DNA from: a virus
Lineage: Duplodnaviria; Caudoviricetes
Reading direction: 5' to 3' (one strand)
Length of the DNA: 41,350 nucleotides
IMG/VR virus record: IMGVR_UViG_3300037722_000155
Coordinates: 1-41,350 of that record
Positions 1-9,344 of this stretch are shown here, piece after piece. The notes under the pieces are model-generated. The model had not been told where the DNA came from and searched no databases. It was given only the letters and a program-made list of their open reading frames with translations. How positions within the stretch are numbered: the stretch's first letter is position 1; every line of letters starts with the position of its first letter. A program made the position numbers and the translations under genes.

Positions 1-127
1 CCGTCCGGGCCGATCTTTGAATAGTGTTCATTGTTCATTGTTCATTGCTCAGTGTCTCCTTCGGATAGTTACTCATCGCTCACCGTCTCCTTTCACATTT
101 TTACCGTTCTAGCGGCAATCTCCCCTA
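1..127. repeat. Terminal overlap, identical to 41224-41350 (circular assembly)
   Basis: Exact 127-bp match of window start and end; 127 is a common assembler k-mer. Confidence 0.95.
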
Positions 128-329
128 GAAGGCTGGTAAATTCCCTTCTTTCTTTTGGTGTTGGTCCTCTGAGGGTTAGGTCTGCTCGGTAGACATTCAA
201 GCCTCCACAGTAGAAGCAGATTGCAAAGTCCCCGTCCCTTGGATGAGTGTCCCCTGCCAAATTCGTCGCACCACCCGCACCCCCTCCACAACGAGGACAG
301 ACAGCGGATTTGTTGGTCTTAAAAGACAT
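93..329 (-). CDS. Small Zn-finger-like hypothetical protein
   Basis: CPRCG and CFYCG pairs; packed in the leftward operon. Confidence 0.65.
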   Translation of the reverse strand: MSFKTNKSAVCPRCGGGAGGATNLAGDTHPRDGDFAICFYCGGLNVYRADLTLRGPTPKERREFTSLLGEIAARTVKM

Positions 330-344
330 CTTCGTACCAACCCT

Positions 345-614
345 TCAGAAGAACTCCGGCTTGGCGACCGATCGCACCAGAGCCATCAACCCCTGCTGCA
401 AGTGAGTCTTCGCTATAGCCCGCCATCTGCTGGCCTCGTCAAGAGCAGCATCGTGCAGCTCGTCTCCGTTCTTTCCCTCGATGTCATCATCCGAGCGGCA
501 CACATCGAGTAGTCCCTGCAATTCCTCGCCCTTCGCCTTGATCCGATTCATAAGGTCTATTTCGGACTGGTTCAGTTCACGGTATCCCTTAATTTTTCGG
601 TGCTGATTTTCCAT
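345..614 (-). CDS. acb2: Anti-CBASS protein Acb2 (cyclic oligonucleotide sponge)
   Basis: MENQHRKIKGYRELNQSEIDLMNRIK...WRAIAKTHLQQGLMALVRSVAKP matches the recalled Acb2 pattern; AAGGAG RBS. Confidence 0.9.
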   Translation of the reverse strand: MENQHRKIKGYRELNQSEIDLMNRIKAKGEELQGLLDVCRSDDDIEGKNGDELHDAALDEASRWRAIAKTHLQQGLMALVRSVAKPEFF

Positions 615-633
615 TTGATCTCTCCTTCTTCTG

Positions 634-954
634 TTAATCTATTCTAGCCACATCAAAACTGCCATCCTTCTGAAATATCCCCACCCAGGAGTATCTATAG
701 AAGACTACAGCCTCATCTCTGAGCTGACACCGAGCTAAGGGACTCATGTTGGGGTCTCCAGGATACACCAAGACATATTCACCCCTATGAATGAACCCGT
801 CAAAACTGTGCCATCCTCCCCCATGATGATAATTCTTATCTATCTGTTTCCATGCAGGGTCGGGATCATCCTCATCCAGCCAATAGGGTATATTCCCTAG
901 AGCCTCTGGGTCCATTTTAGGGTGTAGAAGCACCCATATAGGTCTTTTCACCAT
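634..954 (-). CDS. Conserved phage hypothetical protein
   Basis: ORF packing; YxHGGGW, YPGDP and DGSFDVARID motifs look conserved. Confidence 0.75.
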   Translation of the reverse strand: MVKRPIWVLLHPKMDPEALGNIPYWLDEDDPDPAWKQIDKNYHHGGGWHSFDGFIHRGEYVLVYPGDPNMSPLARCQLRDEAVVFYRYSWVGIFQKDGSFDVARID

Positions 955-1160
955 TCTTGTTCCCCCACTCTTTCATCGATCAGAACGGTCCCACGCCTAA
1001 ACCTCCCCTTAATATAGATTTTGAATTCCCCGTCTGCAAAAAGTTCCTTAACTTCCGGTGTAACGGGGACGAAATGAAGGATAGATCGATCCTCATTGTA
1101 GAGCAGAGCAGGGGGAGCGTCTTCGTTGCTGGCTAAGGGGAGTTGAAGTTTAAAAATCAC
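948..1160 (-). CDS. Hypothetical protein
   Basis: GTG start overlaps the upstream stop (GTGA). Confidence 0.7.
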   Translation of the reverse strand: MIFKLQLPLASNEDAPPALLYNEDRSILHFVPVTPEVKELFADGEFKIYIKGRFRRGTVLIDERVGEQEW

Positions 1161-1309
1161 GTGTAGTGGTTCCTTATTGTTTCTATTTCTAAATCAATTT
1201 TGTCGCGTAACCGTTCTAGAGTAGCCAATTTATCCTGCCACGGCTCACTTGTCGCCATGTAAGCCTCTAATAAGCTGGCGAATACTTCATCAATTGGGTG
1301 TTCACACAT
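1157..1309 (-). CDS. Hypothetical 50-aa protein (not in ORF track)
   Basis: MCEHPIDEVFASLLEAY...IRNHYT fills the gap and overlaps both neighbours. Confidence 0.6.
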   Translation of the reverse strand: MCEHPIDEVFASLLEAYMATSEPWQDKLATLERLRDKIDLEIETIRNHYT

Positions 1310-1601
1310 TCCTATGACTCTGAAATTCGTTCCACAACAGCTCCATAACGTCGTAGTTCGTATTTGTGAGGTCCATAAACACTTCTTTGGTTGCTTCTGG
1401 CTTTTTCATCACCAGCCAGGACAAAATGGCGGCGTTATTGAGTGCAACAAGAGTCGTAGCAGGGGTTTCCTCGACAGGGACAGAGGCCATTGTATTCTGA
1501 ACCAGCTTCCATAAGTGTCTGGTGTTTACGCTAGGAGATTTCTCGATTACTTCTTTCTCCAACGCCAGCATTTTTTCTAGAAATTCTTCTGTACTACTCA
1601 C
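1302..1601 (-). CDS. Hypothetical protein
   Basis: AGGAG RBS; first gene after the leftward promoter. Confidence 0.7.
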   Translation of the reverse strand: MSSTEEFLEKMLALEKEVIEKSPSVNTRHLWKLVQNTMASVPVEETPATTLVALNNAAILSWLVMKKPEATKEVFMDLTNTNYDVMELLWNEFQSHRNV

Positions 1602-1621
1602 TTTTATCTCCTATAGACGCC

Positions 1622-1687
1622 ATCACACATACTATATTATTACATAGCGGTACTTCGGTTGCAATTCAAACCCGCTCCGTGTACTAT
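1622..1687. promoter_or_regulatory. Divergent sigma70-type promoters sharing a palindromic -35 TTGCAA (1659-1664)
   Basis: + strand: TTGCAA-17-TACTAT (1682-1687). - strand: TTGCAA-17-AATAAT with TGn extension. Confidence 0.7.
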
Positions 1688-1708
1688 TGGGCTCCATTGG
1701 AGTTCAAT

Positions 1709-2104
1709 ATGAACGATGAAGGCAAGGTAGTTCGCTTCATTTCCAGGGAGGAGGCGATTGAGGAGGCCAAAGAGGAGTCCCATAGAGAGTATGTGGACCC
1801 TCTTCCCTACTCAGAAGTTGCTAGAGAGTGTAAGTCTCTCTCCAATCTCGCTGAGAGCGGAAATGGTAAGTCACGGATCAGTATTCCACGGACGTTTAAT
1901 CGGGAAGAGATTAAGACAGCCTTCGACGACGCCTTCCAGCTTGTGGGCGGAGTCCCAAGACTCGCACATTGGGCTGATGAGAACTACGGTGAGTTCATTA
2001 AGCTCTATGCAAGGATGCTCCCCACTTCTGCTAAGAGTCAGATGGAGCTGACTGGTGGAATTACGATCAATCACGTACTACCCAGAGGACCATTAGATGA
2101 GTGA
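1709..2104 (+). CDS. Terminase small subunit (probable)
   Basis: AFQLVGGVPRLAHWADENYGEFIKLYARMLP motif; first late gene; GGAG RBS before ATG 1709. Confidence 0.75.
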   Translation: MNDEGKVVRFISREEAIEEAKEESHREYVDPLPYSEVARECKSLSNLAESGNGKSRISIPRTFNREEIKTAFDDAFQLVGGVPRLAHWADENYGEFIKLYARMLPTSAKSQMELTGGITINHVLPRGPLDE

Positions 2105-2348
2105 CGAAAGAGAAGACCTTCGAAACACTTTGGAGAAGCTGATCGATGCTATCTGGCCAGGACCTCCCAGAGAACTTGATGATCTAGAGTACGATAAGCG
2201 ACTCTACCTACGAAATCGAGAAATGCAGAAAGAGCAGCCTGTGGCGGAGGACGTCCCTTTAGGGACTGGTATCGCTAATGAGGGTGCTGAGAAGATCAAA
2301 TCTCGACGACAAGCGATCGAGGATGCGATTGCGGCGGCTGGTGGATGA
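2097..2348 (+). CDS. Hypothetical protein
   Basis: Overlapping start and stop with neighbours. Confidence 0.65.
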   Translation: MSDEREDLRNTLEKLIDAIWPGPPRELDDLEYDKRLYLRNREMQKEQPVAEDVPLGTGIANEGAEKIKSRRQAIEDAIAAAGG

Positions 2349-2575
2349 AGGGGCCAGATAAAGGTCCTCGTATTCCGAACAGAAATGTCTATGTAATAAA
2401 GTCTGCTGACGACCTCCCCAGCGTTCTTTCTGAGTACGTCATCTACAATCTCCAGTATGATCCTGGGGAGGGCGCTGGCTTCTACATCACCCTAAACGGA
2501 ACGACTCTTACGAAGCTCACCTCTACCCAAGACTCTGCTGGTTATCCTCTGCAATTAGGGCACGCAGGTATCTGA
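2345..2575 (+). CDS. Hypothetical protein
   Basis: ATGA coupling. Confidence 0.65.
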   Translation: MKGPDKGPRIPNRNVYVIKSADDLPSVLSEYVIYNLQYDPGEGAGFYITLNGTTLTKLTSTQDSAGYPLQLGHAGI

Positions 2576-2576
2576 T

Positions 2577-2900
2577 ATGTCTTTTGACGGAAAAATTTTG
2601 GCTGAGGGACAGGTAGCCGCAAGCAAGACGACTGTCTACACTGTTCCAGCGAATACAGTTGTCTATATTAGTCAGATACTATTTTTCAATACGGCAGCCA
2701 CAACTGAAACCGTGACACTATATCTTAATCTCAGCGGAACCAGTCGGCAGGTTAAGAGATTTGTTTTGGATCAAAACGAATCTGCTGAAGTCATGGATAG
2801 TGGACAGAGATTGATCTTAGAGGCTGCGGACTTAATTGAAGCTAGCTCCACAAATGCAACTTCGGTTGATTTAGTGATTACGGGGGTTGAGGAAACTTAA
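2577..2900 (+). CDS. Putative virion decoration/structural protein
   Basis: Beta-rich TTVYTVPA...LILEAADLIEA pattern seen in small phage structural proteins. Confidence 0.6.
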   Translation: MSFDGKILAEGQVAASKTTVYTVPANTVVYISQILFFNTAATTETVTLYLNLSGTSRQVKRFVLDQNESAEVMDSGQRLILEAADLIEASSTNATSVDLVITGVEET

Positions 2901-3745
2901 TGTCTCGAGTCTATGATTCATCAGGGAACGAGCTAATAGCTGGGTCAGTTTCTAACCCAACCCCCACTCTGACATCTGTTGATCCGACTGGGGTCGGTAC
3001 TGGTGCCTCTGAAACCATTATCACACTAACCGGGACGAATTTTATTCCCTCGTCTCAGGGATATTGGGAAGGGGTGTCCAAAACAACTGTCTATATTAGC
3101 TCCACAACGTTACAGATGACTGTACCTTCTACGGATATGGACGAAGCCGGTACATTCGATGTGACTGTTGTAACACCCTCTCCCGGAGGTGGTACATCCT
3201 CCGCTGAGACTGTTTCCGTTATCGACAACATTGATTTGACTAGTTCACTAACTAATCTTGATGCGGAAGCCGGAGATGATACAGGATGGACGGTTGAGAC
3301 AGGAGCCCTCGGAGTGCGTACAGGGTCTCCAAGTCCGCATGGAGGCACATACTACTTTTATGGACCAGCCACACCCGAATACATAGCCAGCCAGCAATTT
3401 GATCTTTTATCTCTTAGTGGATTAAGTTCTTCTGATGTGGCAACTGGATTAGTAGAGATAACCGTAGACTGGTGGCAAGCGAGCTTTTCCGATAATGCAG
3501 CCCCGGATGATGAGGCCGAGATAATTCTTCGCTATTATGACTCAGGTATGAGCTTAATATCCTCGGATAACTCTGGCCTTGAGTGGGTAATCCCCGCCCA
3601 AATTTGGCAAGCCCGAAATCTTGTTAGCTCCGTCCCAGTAGATACTCAATACGTTGATTTAGTCATGCACGGATTTCGTAAACGAGGCAGCAACTTAGAT
3701 GGGTATTTAGATGACATTACTGTTTCTGTAGGAATTTCTAGCTAG
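2900..3745 (+). CDS. Ig-like (IPT/TIG) plus jelly-roll/carbohydrate-binding-like virion protein
   Basis: PTLTSVDP...ITLTGTNF...FDVTVVTPSPGGGTS (IPT); NLDAEAGDDTGW...GYLDDITV (CBM-like). Confidence 0.7.
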   Translation: MSRVYDSSGNELIAGSVSNPTPTLTSVDPTGVGTGASETIITLTGTNFIPSSQGYWEGVSKTTVYISSTTLQMTVPSTDMDEAGTFDVTVVTPSPGGGTSSAETVSVIDNIDLTSSLTNLDAEAGDDTGWTVETGALGVRTGSPSPHGGTYYFYGPATPEYIASQQFDLLSLSGLSSSDVATGLVEITVDWWQASFSDNAAPDDEAEIILRYYDSGMSLISSDNSGLEWVIPAQIWQARNLVSSVPVDTQYVDLVMHGFRKRGSNLDGYLDDITVSVGISS

Positions 3746-4221
3746 TGTCTTCAGTATACGACTCCTTAGGACGCAGAAAGCTGTTGATCCCTTGGGGGGC
3801 AATACCTAGTGTCCCAGCTTTTGTTACTGAAGTGGGGAACCTGACGGATCCCGGAGAGGATGCGGTTCTTGTTTGGGATGATTCTGCTGATGAATTTATC
3901 TTTCAGACATTGGGCGATTTTATACAGGACCAGACTGGTCTTTTCCACGGCTATGTGGATGCCAGTGTTGCCGCAGAGGTCCTCCCTACGGGCTGGACTG
4001 TGACTAATCCAGCAACCGGAAACTACGTCATAACCCACAATCTTAATCTTGCCGCAGCGACAGACTTACACGTTGTTGTGACTCCCATAGAAGCCGAGAA
4101 CACTGGTGTCCGTCCCAGCATTATAGACCTCACAGTTGATGCTTTTGAGGTTATGATGGACAACGATGTGGGGGACTCTAATTACGGATTTTTCTTTATC
4201 GCTGCTAGAACAACTGGCTAA
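3745..4221 (+). CDS. Putative tail-fibre-like structural protein
   Basis: LPTGWTVTNPATGNYVITHNL motif typical of fibre C-termini. Confidence 0.6.
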   Translation: MSSVYDSLGRRKLLIPWGAIPSVPAFVTEVGNLTDPGEDAVLVWDDSADEFIFQTLGDFIQDQTGLFHGYVDASVAAEVLPTGWTVTNPATGNYVITHNLNLAAATDLHVVVTPIEAENTGVRPSIIDLTVDAFEVMMDNDVGDSNYGFFFIAARTTG

Positions 4222-5624
4222 TGTCTGGTAGACAAATAAATGTCTACTACGAACCTAGAGAGCAGTTTGAAGCTTTCCATGGTCGGGAGGAACGGTGGGC
4301 TGCTCTGGTCTGCCATCGTCGTGCTGGTAAGACAGTGGCGTGCATCAACGACCTCCATACTCGAGCCTTATATACTCAGAAAAAGAATGCCCGGTTCGGG
4401 TACATTGCTCCCTTCTATCGCCAAGCTAAAGAAGTCGCCTGGATGTATCTAAAAGAGGCGACTAAAGATTCAGCAGTCAAGGTAAGAGAATCTGAACTAT
4501 CAGTGGAGCTGTTTAATGGAGCTAAAATTGCTCTATACGGAGCTGACAACCCTGACGCCCTTCGGGGTTTGTATTTTGACGGGGTTATTCTTGATGAGTA
4601 CGGTGATTGTCGCCCTAGTCTGTGGGCGGAGGTTGTCTTGCCTACCCTCGCCGATCGAAAAGGATGGGCAGTCTTCATTGGAACCCCTAAAGGAAAAAAC
4701 CACTTCTACGAAGTCAGAGAAAGAGCCAAGAGAGAGGACAACTGGTTCTACTTAGAGATTAAGGCGAGCACATCTGGTATTCTCCCTCAGGAGGAGCTAG
4801 ATGAGATGAAAGCTCAGATGAGCGAAGCACAGTACGAGCAGGAATTGGAGTGCTCGTTTGAAGCTGCGGTCATCGGAACCTATTACTCGCACATGATCGC
4901 CATAATGGAGGAACGCCATCTTCGTGGGGATATTAGGGACCCCCAAATTACGACAGTTCCATATGACCCAGATTTCGAAGTCTTCGCGGCTCAGGACTTA
5001 GGCTTCACCGATTCTACAGCTATCTGGTTCTGGCAAACTCGGCCAGATGGTCTGGCTATCATTGATTACGAAGAACATCATTCTGAGAATCTTCAATTCT
5101 ACTTCGAGTTGCTTCGATCTAAGGGGTACCGCTATAATACCATCTGGCTCCCGCATGATGCGAAAGCTAAGAGTCTGCAAACTGGTCGTTCAACCATTGA
5201 GCAGTATCTTCGTCAGGAGACCTATGGTGAAGATGGAGAGAGGGTCCAGGAGTTTCCGGCGCGTATCGCTCCTAAACTCTCTCTACAGCACGGAATCGAT
5301 GCTGTTAGATTTATCCTCCCGTATTGCTACATGGACAAGAAGAAATGCGCTATCGGAATTGAGGCTCTTAGAGCCTATAGACGACAGTATAATGAAGTCA
5401 CAAAAGCATTCACAGATAAACCCCTCCACGATTGGTCTTCGCATGGTTCGGACGCCTTCCGCATCTTTGCCTTGGTCGCTCGGGAGTGGGTTGAGAAACG
5501 AGGAGTGAGGGATGTTATTTCCAGCGCCCTCGGTCCTTTGAATTACTCATTCAGTTTGGAACAACTCTTTACCGAACGCGAAGTAGCGAAGGGTAAAGTC
5601 ATTCGCAGCAGGGCAAGAATATGA
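4221..5624 (+). CDS. terL: Terminase large subunit
   Basis: HRRAGKT Walker A, LRGLYFDGVILDE Walker B, DLGFTD and HDWSSHGSDAFR nuclease motifs. Confidence 0.95.
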   Translation: MSGRQINVYYEPREQFEAFHGREERWAALVCHRRAGKTVACINDLHTRALYTQKKNARFGYIAPFYRQAKEVAWMYLKEATKDSAVKVRESELSVELFNGAKIALYGADNPDALRGLYFDGVILDEYGDCRPSLWAEVVLPTLADRKGWAVFIGTPKGKNHFYEVRERAKREDNWFYLEIKASTSGILPQEELDEMKAQMSEAQYEQELECSFEAAVIGTYYSHMIAIMEERHLRGDIRDPQITTVPYDPDFEVFAAQDLGFTDSTAIWFWQTRPDGLAIIDYEEHHSENLQFYFELLRSKGYRYNTIWLPHDAKAKSLQTGRSTIEQYLRQETYGEDGERVQEFPARIAPKLSLQHGIDAVRFILPYCYMDKKKCAIGIEALRAYRRQYNEVTKAFTDKPLHDWSSHGSDAFRIFALVAREWVEKRGVRDVISSALGPLNYSFSLEQLFTEREVAKGKVIRSRARI

Positions 5625-7720
5625 GCGACCAACCGACTATCATCCAGTCTGAAAAAGACTATCGGAACACTCCGGGAGGTCAATATCAGCGGTGGCTGGC
5701 AGAAATGAATGCTGCCGATAAGAGAACCTCAGAGTGGCATAAGCAGGGAAATAGAATTCAGGCTCGATATCAGGACCGCCGTGGTATGGAGACCACTCGC
5801 GGGGCAGAGATGGATAACTCAAACCAGATGCGAGTTAATCTCTTCCATTCTAATGTCGCTACGCTCAAGTCTATGCTCTTTGGCAACATACCGAAAGTAG
5901 AGGTTGCTCGTCGTTATGCGGATGCCGATGACGACGTAGCGAGAGTCGGCAGCCTTATGCTCGGTCGTATGTTGAATAACTCCGTGTACTCCAAGGATGA
6001 GGGCATCCAGGAATGCTTCGGCCATCTGTTGGAAGACCGGCTCCTCCCCGGCCTCGCTGTTGCTCGTATTCGTTATGACTACGATAGCGAGGATCGAGAA
6101 GTTGAGGAGATGAAAGACGACGAGGGTAACATCCTTGCTGAGGGATACACCACATCTGATCTTCTTAAGGAGGATGCTCTGGTAGACTATGTTCATTGGG
6201 ATGATTTCCGATGGGGGTATGCTCGCACATGGAAAGAGGTTCCGTGGATTGCCTTCCGATCTTTCCTTACGAAAGACCAAGTAACTGATCGTTTCGGTGA
6301 GAATGTCGCTAATCAGTTAGAGTATAGTAAAAAGAGTGTGAAGATGGTTAGCGAAAAGCGACTGTCTTCAGATGAAGTGACTGATGCCCACGAACGAGCA
6401 GAAGTATGGGAGATCTGGGAGAAGAAAAAGAAGTGTGTCTGGTGGTGGAGTCGAGGCTACGAAGGTATTTGTGATAAACAGTCCGACCCGCTGGAACTCT
6501 ATGGCTTCTGGCCTTGTCCGAAGCCTTGGATAGCCAATCAAGTTTCTTCTATGTTTCTTCCCCAGCCAGATTTCGCCATTGCTCAGGATCTCTACAATGA
6601 GATCGACCAATTAGAGACTCGCATTGGCATCATTACTGAGGCGGTGAGGGTTGTTGGGGTTTATGATAAGAATGCTGAGGGCATAGCTCGTATGTTGACG
6701 GAAGGGTGTGAGAACGAACTCATCCCTGTGGATAATTGGGCTATGTTCGCAGAGAAAGGGGGAATTGAGGGACAAGTATCCTTCCTCCCCCTCAAAGATA
6801 TTTCGGAAGCTCTCTTGAAGTTGGTAGAGATGAGATCTGATGCGATGTCTTTGCTGTACGAAGTGACCTCTATGTCTGAGATCATGCGGGGTAAGGATGG
6901 CCCTGATCGGGAAACTGAGGGTGCGGCGAAGGGAAAACGTCGGTTTGCGTCTATTCGAGTCCAGGCTATGCAAGAGGAGTTCTCCAGGTTTATCTCTGAT
7001 TTGATGTGCCTCAAGGCAGAGGTTATTTCCAAGCACTTTGATCCTGCGACCATCATGAAGCAGAGCAACATTCGCCATACAGCGGATGCCAAGGCTGACC
7101 CACCGTTGGTCCAAGCTGCTCTTGATCTAATAAAGACTCCAGATGAGATGGGTTGGAGGATTGAGATCAAACCAGAATCCATCGCTATGGTGGATTACCA
7201 AGATCTTCAGGAGAGTCGAGTTAAGTTCCTTGATGCACTCTCTAAAGTTCTTCGTGGCTCCGCTCCTCTGCTTCAATTGGATCCGAGGGCGATGCCTGCC
7301 ATCATGGAGATGCTTAAATGGACTCTTGCAGGGTTCCGTGGTAGCCAGGAAATGGAGGGGGTTGTTGATCGAGCTATTGAGGAACTCAAGAAGCCGAAGC
7401 CGCCGGAGCAGGAGGACAATAGTGAGAAGATAAAGGCTCAGTCTGAGCGTGAAAAAGAACAACATGCTGAGCGTATGGAGAACCTCAAGCACCAAAATAA
7501 GATGAACGAACTTATGGCTAAAGCTGAGGCAGATATTGCAGAGTTGCGTCATGAACTCGAAACTCAGATGCAGTTGATTCGTGAAGAGGCTCTTAAGGAC
7601 ATCATGATTGAGCAAGCTCAAGCTGAGGCAGCTATGGAGCAGGATGACCACGAGACTACGAATAAAATCAAGGTAGAAAAGGCAAAGCCGAAGGTGAAGA
7701 ATGGCTCAGCTCGGACGTAG
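5621..7720 (+). CDS. Portal protein
   Basis: 699 aa after terL; helical with coiled-coil C-terminus. Confidence 0.88.
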   Translation: MSDQPTIIQSEKDYRNTPGGQYQRWLAEMNAADKRTSEWHKQGNRIQARYQDRRGMETTRGAEMDNSNQMRVNLFHSNVATLKSMLFGNIPKVEVARRYADADDDVARVGSLMLGRMLNNSVYSKDEGIQECFGHLLEDRLLPGLAVARIRYDYDSEDREVEEMKDDEGNILAEGYTTSDLLKEDALVDYVHWDDFRWGYARTWKEVPWIAFRSFLTKDQVTDRFGENVANQLEYSKKSVKMVSEKRLSSDEVTDAHERAEVWEIWEKKKKCVWWWSRGYEGICDKQSDPLELYGFWPCPKPWIANQVSSMFLPQPDFAIAQDLYNEIDQLETRIGIITEAVRVVGVYDKNAEGIARMLTEGCENELIPVDNWAMFAEKGGIEGQVSFLPLKDISEALLKLVEMRSDAMSLLYEVTSMSEIMRGKDGPDRETEGAAKGKRRFASIRVQAMQEEFSRFISDLMCLKAEVISKHFDPATIMKQSNIRHTADAKADPPLVQAALDLIKTPDEMGWRIEIKPESIAMVDYQDLQESRVKFLDALSKVLRGSAPLLQLDPRAMPAIMEMLKWTLAGFRGSQEMEGVVDRAIEELKKPKPPEQEDNSEKIKAQSEREKEQHAERMENLKHQNKMNELMAKAEADIAELRHELETQMQLIREEALKDIMIEQAQAEAAMEQDDHETTNKIKVEKAKPKVKNGSART

Positions 7721-8057
7721 GGCTTATAGATACAATAAAGAGACAGGAGAGATGGAGGAGTGTGTCCCTACTCCTCGCATCAAGACGGGTCGCATAGACG
7801 ACAATTTTGTCTCTCCTATTGATGGGTCTATTATTACGACTCAAAGGAAACTCCATGACCACAATCAGCGGAATGGGGTCGTGCAGGTCACACCAGAAAT
7901 CCAGCATGGGTGGGATCAGGCAAAGGCGAAGAGAGAAGATTTCTTTACTGGACACAAAGCTGGTAAGAATGAGCGCGTTGGGGCAATAAGGGACTCCATC
8001 GCTAAATTAGAATCTGGCTACAAGCCGAAAATAAGGAGAATGGACGATGCCCCCTGA
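7701..8057 (+). CDS. Conserved phage hypothetical protein
   Basis: SPIDGSIITT...HNQRNGV motif; lies between portal and scaffold. Confidence 0.7.
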   Translation: MAQLGRRAYRYNKETGEMEECVPTPRIKTGRIDDNFVSPIDGSIITTQRKLHDHNQRNGVVQVTPEIQHGWDQAKAKREDFFTGHKAGKNERVGAIRDSIAKLESGYKPKIRRMDDAP

Positions 8058-9216
8058 AGAACCCGTATCCGCTCGCGATGCACTTTCCGCCGCTTGGGAT
8101 GAAGCAGAAAAAGGAACAGAAGATGAAGGACTCGAAGCCCCCGGAGGAGACGAAGGGGAAGAAGCAGGGGGATCTGGTCAGGGCACCGAGGAGTCCGTTC
8201 GGCCTGAAGGAGAAGAAGAGGCGGGAGGAGAAGAAAAGAAGGAAGATCCTGATGAAGGCGGCGAGAAAAAGTCTGGTTCTCCAGAAGACAAGAAGGTTGC
8301 TAAATCAGAAGATCGGAAAGAATCTGATGGAGCTGATAGAAAAGAAGAAAAGCCCCTGGAGTCAAACGAGTCTCTAGAAAAGGCTCCTGTTTCTTGGAAG
8401 CCTGGAGTACGAGAACACTGGAAGGGTCTCCCCCCGGCTGTGAAGGCTGAGATTCATCGTCGTGAGACTGAGATTCAAACAGGGCTTCAGCAGGCAGCAG
8501 GTCATAAGAAACTTGCCACAGAGTATTATCAGACCGTCGCGCCATTTCAGAGTTTGATACAGGCTCAGAACTCTACTCCTGCTCAGGCTATACACAACCT
8601 AATGTCCACGGCTGCTCGCCTGACTATGGGGTCTTCTGCTGAGAAAGCGAAGGTTGTCGGAGAGATCATTAAGAACTATGGGGTGGATATCAGAGTACTT
8701 GACGAGCACTTGTCTGGTCAGGCTCCCTCAAAAGAGGATGAGACTACTTCCGCCATTCACCAAGTTCTGCAAAAGGAGTTGAAGCCATTTCAGGAGTTTA
8801 TGGGTAGATTCTCTCAACAAGAGTCTCAGATTACTGAGCAAGCAAATGCTCGGATTGCTCAGGATATCTCCGCCTTCCAAGCTGATTCGAAGAATGAGTT
8901 CTTTGAGGATGTTCGGGAAGATATGGCAGATCTTATGGAGCTCGCATACAACCGTGGTAGGGAAATGACTATAGAACAGGCTTACGAAAGAGCCTGTGCT
9001 GCTGATCCTGAGATTTCCAAAATTATACGACAACGACAAGAGGCTGCGGCGACTAGAGAAAATAAAGAAGCTGCGGAGAAGAAGAGAAAAGCAGCGTCTT
9101 CTCTGGAATCTGGTGGTGGGTCTGGAGAGAGAGGACCAAAGCAGAGGGATCCGAGTGATATGCGAGGGTCAATTCAAGACGCTTGGGATGCTCTGGAGAC
9201 CGGTCAGCGGGTGTAG
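8047..9216 (+). CDS. Capsid scaffolding protein (probable)
   Basis: Acidic disordered N-terminus, APVSWK...W motif, directly upstream of the MCP. Confidence 0.75.
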   Translation: MPPEEPVSARDALSAAWDEAEKGTEDEGLEAPGGDEGEEAGGSGQGTEESVRPEGEEEAGGEEKKEDPDEGGEKKSGSPEDKKVAKSEDRKESDGADRKEEKPLESNESLEKAPVSWKPGVREHWKGLPPAVKAEIHRRETEIQTGLQQAAGHKKLATEYYQTVAPFQSLIQAQNSTPAQAIHNLMSTAARLTMGSSAEKAKVVGEIIKNYGVDIRVLDEHLSGQAPSKEDETTSAIHQVLQKELKPFQEFMGRFSQQESQITEQANARIAQDISAFQADSKNEFFEDVREDMADLMELAYNRGREMTIEQAYERACAADPEISKIIRQRQEAAATRENKEAAEKKRKAASSLESGGGSGERGPKQRDPSDMRGSIQDAWDALETGQRV

Positions 9217-9246
9217 TTGCAAGTTCCTATATGAGTGTGTTACGCT
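9217..9246 (+). promoter_or_regulatory. Putative promoter for the major capsid gene
   Basis: TTGCAA-18-TACGCT with TGn extension. Confidence 0.55.
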
Positions 9247-9344
9247 GACCGCGCGTGATACGAACTAGGAATTTCCCAGCCTTCCGGCAGAGTTCCCCAA
9301 GATAGTTGCACGGATTCCCCTAACCCTTAACGGAGATTTTCTAT

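Noticed and set aside
9247-9344. Structured ncRNA in the capsid leader
   Set aside because: Only 3-5 bp stems are visible; not supportable without covariation
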